Source: Promethearchaeota archaeon
GTDB lineage: Archaea; Asgardarchaeota; Lokiarchaeia; Sigyniarchaeales; SOKP01
DNA: 13,205 nucleotides
NCBI GenBank assembly: GCA_048938895.1
Contig: JBHLLU010000085.1
Location: 1 to 13,205 of the forward strand
Direction of reading: 5' to 3'
Shown here: positions 7,548 through 13,205 of the stretch, piece by piece
Numbering within the stretch: the first letter of the stretch is position 1
Layout of the letters: each line of letters opens with the position of its first letter
Position numbers and translations under genes: made by a program
Notes under the pieces: generated by a model
The model's input: only the letters and a program-made list of their open reading frames with translations
What the model was told of the DNA's origin: nothing
The model's database searches: none

Positions 7548-8339
7548 ATGAAAAGAACGGTTATTATCTTTACTAAAGTCCCTGAAATTGGTTTTGTAAA
7601 AACTCGATTAGCCAAAACTAGCATTTTAAATGATTCTGAGGTAACTACTATAGCTAAAGCTATGTTAATGGATACTATTTTATTATCTAGTGAATCAGAC
7701 ATAGAAATTATCTGTGTAGGTTATTATCCAGAAGAAAAAAAACACTTATTATTAGAACTTATTAATCCACTTAAGTCCGAAATTAACAAGGATATAACAT
7801 TTAATCTGATTCTCCAAGCTGGTAAAAATTTTGATGAAAGGTTTCATTCTGTAGTAAAAAGCGCTATAGAGGACGGATATAGCCATTTGGTTGTCTTAGG
7901 TGCTGACCTCCCATACCTCCATCCAAAATACCTTAATATGACATTCAAATTATTAGAACGTAATAACTCTCAAAATGTAGTCATTGGACCAGCAGGAGGA
8001 GGTGGAATTTATCTAGTAGGTATATCATATAAATTTAACCCTGACTGGATAATAAACTATCAATTATTCCGGGGAGGTGTTGAAATTTCTCAGTTTGTGC
8101 AGCTTGCTGAATTAATGAATTTAAAATTTGACCTTTTACCCCCACTAATAGATATTGATATTGATGAAGATTTAGTTTCACTTCTCTCTTTCATCGAATT
8201 AATGTCAATTTCACATTACAAAAACTATTATCATTTTCCAAAATATACGGCAAAAATAATACAAGATCTAAAATTGTCTATTGAAAGGAAGTCTAAAAAT
8301 ACAAGAATGCGATCGATAAAAAAATATGAACCAGATTAA
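7548..8339 (+). CDS. DUF2064 / TIGR04282-like GT-A-fold transferase (CofC-related; 'transferase 1, rSAM/selenodomain-associated')
   Basis: Family motifs IIFTKVPEIGFVKTRLA, QAGKNFDERF, VLGADLP, VVIGPAGGGGIYLVG and LIDIDIDEDL. ATG 7548 is preferred over TTG 7527 because homologous motifs begin right after it. Confidence 0.85.
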   Translation: MKRTVIIFTKVPEIGFVKTRLAKTSILNDSEVTTIAKAMLMDTILLSSESDIEIICVGYYPEEKKHLLLELINPLKSEINKDITFNLILQAGKNFDERFHSVVKSAIEDGYSHLVVLGADLPYLHPKYLNMTFKLLERNNSQNVVIGPAGGGGIYLVGISYKFNPDWIINYQLFRGGVEISQFVQLAELMNLKFDLLPPLIDIDIDEDLVSLLSFIELMSISHYKNYYHFPKYTAKIIQDLKLSIERKSKNTRMRSIKKYEPD

Positions 8340-9096
8340 AATGCTTGTTTCTGTAATTATTATTACCTTAAATGAAGAAAATAATATTAAAGAAGTTATT
8401 CAATCTGTTAAATCTGCTTCTCAATTGAACGGGACTATTTCCTCGGATATAGAAATAATCCTAAGTGATGGTGGATCTACTGATAAGACTGTTGATATCG
8501 CAAAAAATTTGGTCGATAGAGTAATTAAATCACCTAAGGGAAAATATAACCAGTTAAATTATGGAGCTAAAAGTGCCATTGGCAAGTATCTTCTTTTCTT
8601 ACATGGAGATACTCTTTTACCACCTCATGCTATTCTTAAAATTAAGCATCTTTTAAAAAATCCTGGAATACTAGCTGGTGGTTTCAAAAAATCATGGAAT
8701 TGGGATTCTAAGGATAATACTCTATCCTATATACATGTTTTCAGAAAATTTTGGGAAGGGTTGGGAAATTGGTTAGTTATTCTATTAAAGACTTTCCCAG
8801 GTGATAATGCTTTTTTTATTCGGAAAGAAATATTTGAAGTTTTAAATGGATTCTCACCAATTTTGATCTGTGAAAATCTGGATTTAATTCGACGTTTGAA
8901 AAATTTTATACGAAATAATTGCGGTAAAATACAATATATAAACTCAACTGTTAAAACTTCAGCTAGAAGACTTGAGAAATTTGGGCTTATACAAGTAATT
9001 TCGAGGTGGTTTTTAATCTATTGGCTCTGGAGATTAGGTCTTTCATACCCAAAATTAAATGTGAAGTATAAAAAGCTCCACCATTTGAATTATTAA
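8326..9096 (+). CDS. Family 2 glycosyltransferase, TIGR04283-like ('transferase 2, rSAM/selenodomain-associated')
   Basis: VSVIIITLNEE, IILSDGGSTDKT, QLNYGA, LLFLHGDT, PGDNAFF and VKTSARR match the GT2 subfamily that pairs with DUF2064. Alternative start ATG 8341, 1 nt after the previous stop. Confidence 0.88.
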   Translation: MNQIKMLVSVIIITLNEENNIKEVIQSVKSASQLNGTISSDIEIILSDGGSTDKTVDIAKNLVDRVIKSPKGKYNQLNYGAKSAIGKYLLFLHGDTLLPPHAILKIKHLLKNPGILAGGFKKSWNWDSKDNTLSYIHVFRKFWEGLGNWLVILLKTFPGDNAFFIRKEIFEVLNGFSPILICENLDLIRRLKNFIRNNCGKIQYINSTVKTSARRLEKFGLIQVISRWFLIYWLWRLGLSYPKLNVKYKKLHHLNY

Positions 9097-9180
9097 CAAT
9101 GTATTTAATAGTAATAACATAATAAGAATCCTTGAATATTGCATTTATAGAAAAATTATCTTGAGGATTGAGAAAGAATT

Positions 9181-10692
9181 TTGATGCATGAAATTGATAA
9201 AATCCCTAACTCCTCTGTGATGAGAGACAATTTGGAATTTAAATATTTTGTCGAGGGTATTTGGAAAAAATCAGATTCAGGAAAAACCATCATTATTAAA
9301 AATCCCTATAATGATGAGGTAGTAGGATCCGTACAAGCATGCACCATTGAGGAAGTTAATCAAGTAATAAATATTGCGAAAGAAAATCAGGAATGTTGGG
9401 AAGAAAAGGCCCAGAGAGAACGCTCAGATATAATAAAAACGGCTGCTGATTTAATGAGAGAATGGGCTGATTCTTTAGGGTATATCATGATGAAAGAAAT
9501 TGGCAAACCCCTAAAAAGTGCGGTATCAGAAATTATTCGGACAGCCGAATTGTTTGAAGCCACAGCGGAAGCTGGACTACAGCAAGAAGGGGAAGCTATT
9601 TACGGAGATGCTTTTAAAGGTTTTAGTAAAGATAAGATTTCAATGACATACAGGGTTCCTCTGGGAGTGATCCTGTGCATTGGTCCTTTTAATTATCCTT
9701 TTAATCTTACTGGATCGAAAATTGCTCCCGCATTAATGGCAGGAAATACAGTAGTGGTTAAATCTCCTTCTCAGGGAGCAATTACTCCCTTATTTTTAGG
9801 ATTAATCTTAGAAAAAGCAGGAGTGCCTGCAGGTGTTTTTAATATCGTTACCGGGAAGGGTTCTGAAATAGGAGACTATTTAGTACAACACCCTCTAATT
9901 AACATGGTAAGTTTTACTGGATCATCCGTGACTGGCAAACATCTTGCAAGCATTGTAGGAATGAAACCCTTATTATTGGAGCTAGGTGGAAAGGATGCTG
10001 CTATTGTACTAAATGATGCTGATTTAGACATAACTGGAGATGCAATTGTCTCTGGTGCCTTTTCATATAGCGGACAAAGATGTACTGCTGTAAAGAGAGT
10101 TCTTCCAATGCCAGGAATAGCTGATAAATTGATAGAGTTAGTAAAAGAAAAGACAATGAACTTATCCGTAGGAGATCCAGAAAAAAATGCCACTATCGGT
10201 CCTCTCATAAGTTCACAACAATGTGATTATGTTCAAGGATTGATAGATGATGCCTTGGATAAAGGAGCGACTCTGCTATATGGAAATAAAAGGGAGGGTA
10301 ATATCATGTGGCCAACATTGCTAGATAACGTAACAACTGAAATGAGAATAGCTTGGGAAGAACCTTTTGGTCCTGTTTTACCTTTTATAAGAGTTAAAAG
10401 CGCTGAAGAAGCCATAAAAATTTCAAATAAATCAGAATATGGGCTTCAAGGTATGATTTTTACTGAAAACATCGATCTAGCATTTAATATCGCACAAGAG
10501 CTAGAAGTAGGAACTGTGCAGATAAATGGGAAAAGCGAAAGGGGGCCAGATCATTTCCCATTTTTAGGTACTAAATCTTCAGGTTTAGGAACACAAGGAA
10601 TAAAATATTCAATTGAAGCGATGAGCAGACCGAAAGTTGTAGTAATGAACTTATCTGAAAGAGGAAAGCTTGTTAAAAATTGTAAGTATTGA
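9181..10692 (+). CDS. gapN: NADP-dependent non-phosphorylating glyceraldehyde-3-phosphate dehydrogenase (ALDH11 family)
   Basis: ALDH motifs PFNYPFNLTGSKIAPAL, FTGS, LELGGKD (catalytic Glu), GQRCTA (catalytic Cys) and EEPFGP, plus the GAPN-typical INGKSERGPDHFPFLG...QGIKYSIEAM. Start may be ATG 9184. Confidence 0.9.
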   Translation: MMHEIDKIPNSSVMRDNLEFKYFVEGIWKKSDSGKTIIIKNPYNDEVVGSVQACTIEEVNQVINIAKENQECWEEKAQRERSDIIKTAADLMREWADSLGYIMMKEIGKPLKSAVSEIIRTAELFEATAEAGLQQEGEAIYGDAFKGFSKDKISMTYRVPLGVILCIGPFNYPFNLTGSKIAPALMAGNTVVVKSPSQGAITPLFLGLILEKAGVPAGVFNIVTGKGSEIGDYLVQHPLINMVSFTGSSVTGKHLASIVGMKPLLLELGGKDAAIVLNDADLDITGDAIVSGAFSYSGQRCTAVKRVLPMPGIADKLIELVKEKTMNLSVGDPEKNATIGPLISSQQCDYVQGLIDDALDKGATLLYGNKREGNIMWPTLLDNVTTEMRIAWEEPFGPVLPFIRVKSAEEAIKISNKSEYGLQGMIFTENIDLAFNIAQELEVGTVQINGKSERGPDHFPFLGTKSSGLGTQGIKYSIEAMSRPKVVVMNLSERGKLVKNCKY

Positions 10693-10723
10693 GACACTTT
10701 TTAATTAAAATTTAAAGTATCTC
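10691..10723. terminator. Inverted repeat between convergent genes, possible terminator or 3'-end stabiliser
   Basis: GAGACACTTT (10691-10700) pairs with AAAGTATCTC (10714-10723) at 9 of 10 positions; the mismatch becomes a G-U wobble on the minus-strand RNA. The 13-nt loop is AT-only. It overlaps the gapN stop and covers most of the 36-nt convergent gap. Confidence 0.45.
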
Positions 10724-10728
10724 TTTGA

Positions 10729-11517
10729 TTAAATATCTGGATAAGTTTTCCTTTTTACAGGATAAGCAATTTCAGGTCGCTTTGAAATAAATGAATCATT
10801 AAGATCGTTGGCCATATTTCTCGCTATTTCAACAGAGAGTCCCATTGATAAATAATTTTGAGGAAACCAGTAGTTTCCAGTTGGATCAGTAGGACCTATA
10901 ATAATAGAATTCTTTGGACCATTAATAATCATCTCCGCTGGATATGAAATAAAAGATGTACATGCTGCTCCCCATGGAATTTGAATGCTAGAAGCATTAC
11001 CTGGACGAAAATGAGCTAATGAACATAAATTTCGTATTTGTTCTGCCCGACCGAAGCATAAAATAGTTTTAACATCATGATTTTTTATAACTTCAGATTC
11101 ACATTTACTAATTACAGTATACTTACCAAGAGGACTAATCATCCCAATAGAACGTAATTGTTGTTCAGCTAGCTCAGGGTTTGCTATCAAAAACTCAGCA
11201 GCACCTCCCCTAAAATCTGCCGAACCTTTTGATAGAAAGTATTTTAACATTGGAAAAAATGATGAATATCCTAACCATGCTGTTCCCCCCGGACAACAAC
11301 CCTCTAAGGAGTCATTTCCAAGATATGCCGAACTAAGATTTTTATCAACAGATAAGGTAAAAATAGCATTGGCAATACAACGATTAATTTTTTTTATTGG
11401 AGAAGCATTAGCAGGGATTATATCTGAACCAAAAACGCATAATGGGCTTGTTTTTAACTTTCCTGCTTGAGTTAATTTGATTCCAATTTCTTTAATTGTT
11501 AATTTTTCCATAATCAA
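10729..11517 (-). CDS. DUF169-like (COG2043) cysteine-containing protein of unknown function
   Basis: 262 aa. Motifs RCIANAI, GCCPGGTAWLGY, PWGAACTSFISYP and IIGPTDPTG resemble the DUF169 pattern. Start is TTG 11517 or ATG 11511. Confidence 0.75.
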   Translation of the reverse strand: MIMEKLTIKEIGIKLTQAGKLKTSPLCVFGSDIIPANASPIKKINRCIANAIFTLSVDKNLSSAYLGNDSLEGCCPGGTAWLGYSSFFPMLKYFLSKGSADFRGGAAEFLIANPELAEQQLRSIGMISPLGKYTVISKCESEVIKNHDVKTILCFGRAEQIRNLCSLAHFRPGNASSIQIPWGAACTSFISYPAEMIINGPKNSIIIGPTDPTGNYWFPQNYLSMGLSVEIARNMANDLNDSFISKRPEIAYPVKRKTYPDI

Positions 11518-11671
11518 ACCTAATGATTATTTCATTTTAAATCTTAAATTTTACAAAAATGCTGAAAATCAAAATCTTTTTATATTTTTGTCAAATAGAT
11601 AATAATTGGAGAGAACATCTCCTTAATTTAATCCAAAACAATTAAATTACTAGAATTTAAAATAAATGTTA

Positions 11672-11683
11672 AAGGAAAGGTGA
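11672..11683 (+). promoter_or_regulatory. Shine-Dalgarno-like site for the beta-propeller gene
   Basis: AAGGAAAGGTGA ending 8 nt before TTG 11692. AGGTGA matches the archaeal SD consensus GGAGGTGA. Confidence 0.55.
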
Positions 11684-11691
11684 AATCATAA

Positions 11692-13205
11692 TTGAAGAAA
11701 ATTAGTAAAATAATATTATGCTTTACAGTAATATGTCTCGTGTTAGTACCAATTTCAGTTAATTCTTGGCCAAGTTCGAAAAAGAGAATGTATATTCTGG
11801 ATAGAGCTTATAAAAAAGTAACCTTGGTTGAGCCAACTCCTTTGAGAGGGTGCAATGGGCTTATATTTGGACAAGATGGGGCTCTTTATGTATGTCAAAC
11901 AAGTCCAAACACAATTTCCAGAATTACACTTTATAAGAGACATGCTCCTCGTGTAGAAACTTTTGTAGGGCCACACCACGGAGTTATTACTCCCGATGAT
12001 ATTACAGTTGACGATAAGGGTAATTTTTATGCGACTAGTGCGATCGGTGGAGAAGTATACAAAATTAATTCGGAAGGGATGAAGACGGTCATAGCTCATG
12101 GGTTAAATGGTCCGAATGGTATAAGTTTTGATGAAAAATCTGGAAGATTATTTGTGAGTGAATGTTTTTGGGGCAATTACATATGGGAGTTAGATCCTGA
12201 AGGGATAGCCCCCCCTCGATTTGTGAGTGATGCCTTATATGTACCTGAAGGATTTGATATTAGGGATGGAAAGCTCGTTATTCCTGATCTGGGGTCATAT
12301 TGGATTGTTGAAGTGGATATGGATACAGGGTTTATAACGCCTATTGTAACCACAGGATTAATTACACCTGTAGCCTTGAAAATAGGTCCTGATGAATATA
12401 TTTACACTGTTGAGTTAGCTACAGGAGCCGTTAAAAAAATAAGTCCAGATGGCTCTTCAATAGAAGTACTAACATGGTTACTTCCCGGCGTAGATAACCT
12501 TGCTTTTGGACCAGACGGGTACCTCTATGTCAGTAGTTATCATGACTGCACCGTTTGGAAGGTTAATCCTCAAACTGGAGATTATTCCGCACTCTTCCCT
12601 ATGGGAATTAATTCGGTAGCTAGCATAGATGTGAAAGATGATGATATTTATCTCTGTGATTCTATAATGATAAGGATGATTGATGAAGAAGGAAATCTTC
12701 ATAAAACAGGGGCTAATGCGTGGTTGTCACCATCTGGGTATCCATTACCCATGACTATGACAAATGGATTTGGAGATTACCTTATTACTGCTGACTTTAT
12801 AGATGGTGTTGTGGTCTATGTAAATCCAAACGATCCTGAGGATTGGAATTACCTTGCTTATCCCGTTTCTAGCCCTGCGGGAATGGAAGTAGACTTTGCA
12901 AGTATGATGCTATATATTGCGGAATATGGTTTAGGACAAGTTATAGAAGTTAACCTTCTCAATGGAGTTAGAAGAGTACTTGCTGGAGATCTGTCCGGAC
13001 CAATAGATGTAGCAATTAAGAGTGGAACTTTGTATGTAGCCGAAGCACTCGCTGGGCGAATAACAATGATCGATATAGCAAGTGGGGTTAAAGAAATATT
13101 TCTTAATGGCTACGTTGGAAAACCCAAGGGTCTCGCCTGGGATGCTAATGGAAATATGCTCATTGTTGACACAGCAAAAGACGAACTTATAAATGTAAAT
13201 ATGAA
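11692..13205 (+). CDS. Secreted tandem beta-propeller protein, SMP-30/gluconolactonase/NHL-repeat-like (3' partial, runs off right edge)
   Basis: Not in the ORF track. TTG start directly after an in-frame TAA, open for at least 504 codons. Signal-like N-terminus MKKISKIILCFTVICLVLVPISVNS, then at least 11 blades, e.g. GCNGLIFGQDGALYV, TPDDITVDDKGNFYA, GPNGISFDEKSGRLFVSE, GVDNLAFGPDGYLYVSS, GPIDVAIKSGTLYVAE, KPKGLAWDANGNMLIVD. Confidence 0.9.
   Translation, partial: MKKISKIILCFTVICLVLVPISVNSWPSSKKRMYILDRAYKKVTLVEPTPLRGCNGLIFGQDGALYVCQTSPNTISRITLYKRHAPRVETFVGPHHGVITPDDITVDDKGNFYATSAIGGEVYKINSEGMKTVIAHGLNGPNGISFDEKSGRLFVSECFWGNYIWELDPEGIAPPRFVSDALYVPEGFDIRDGKLVIPDLGSYWIVEVDMDTGFITPIVTTGLITPVALKIGPDEYIYTVELATGAVKKISPDGSSIEVLTWLLPGVDNLAFGPDGYLYVSSYHDCTVWKVNPQTGDYSALFPMGINSVASIDVKDDDIYLCDSIMIRMIDEEGNLHKTGANAWLSPSGYPLPMTMTNGFGDYLITADFIDGVVVYVNPNDPEDWNYLAYPVSSPAGMEVDFASMMLYIAEYGLGQVIEVNLLNGVRRVLAGDLSGPIDVAIKSGTLYVAEALAGRITMIDIASGVKEIFLNGYVGKPKGLAWDANGNMLIVDTAKDELINVNM

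Noticed and set aside
6428-7702. Minus-strand ORFs 6428-6616 and 7448-7702 as possible RiPP precursors
   Set aside because: They are antisense to conserved coding regions and have no leader/core character.
7548-8339. Calling the gene cofC (F420 biosynthesis)
   Set aside because: Motifs and pairing with a TIGR04283-like GT2 fit DUF2064 better, and no cofD/E/G/H genes are nearby.
9876-10415. Minus-strand ORFs 9876-10208 and 10233-10415
   Set aside because: Antisense shadows of gapN.
11755-12702. Minus-strand ORFs 11755-12099 and 12478-12702
   Set aside because: The real gene is the long plus-strand beta-propeller frame from 11692.
1-13205. CRISPR arrays, tRNA/rRNA genes, IS elements, integrases
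   Set aside because: All intergenic gaps are under 300 nt and AT-rich. I saw no regularly spaced repeats, cloverleafs, terminal inverted repeats or transposase motifs.

Overview
AT-rich, gene-dense window that looks archaeal, most likely Asgard/Lokiarchaeia. The inference rests on a Loki-type Rab/Ras-like GTPase fusion and BRE/TATA-like promoters. From left to right: (1) a minus-strand gene missing from the ORF track, running off the left edge, which fuses a conserved 'EFWGHCSNLQAW' domain to a Rab-like domain with a broken P-loop; (2) a heterodimeric ABC exporter pair; (3) a tightly packed five-gene cassette of a ~7-TM membrane protein, a radical SAM/SPASM enzyme, an SDMT-like SAM methyltransferase, a DUF2064/CofC-like transferase (TIGR04282-like) and a GT2 glycosyltransferase (TIGR04283-like); (4) a bacterial/plant-type GAPN; (5) a convergent Cys-rich DUF169-like gene; (6) a second gene missing from the track, a secreted tandem beta-propeller running off the right edge. 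The best candidate for an undescribed system is the five-gene cassette. It keeps the transferase pair of arsenosugar/'rSAM-selenodomain' clusters, but has a SPASM enzyme and a two-Cys methyltransferase where ArsS and ArsM would be expected. All family calls come from motif recognition by eye; no searches were run.
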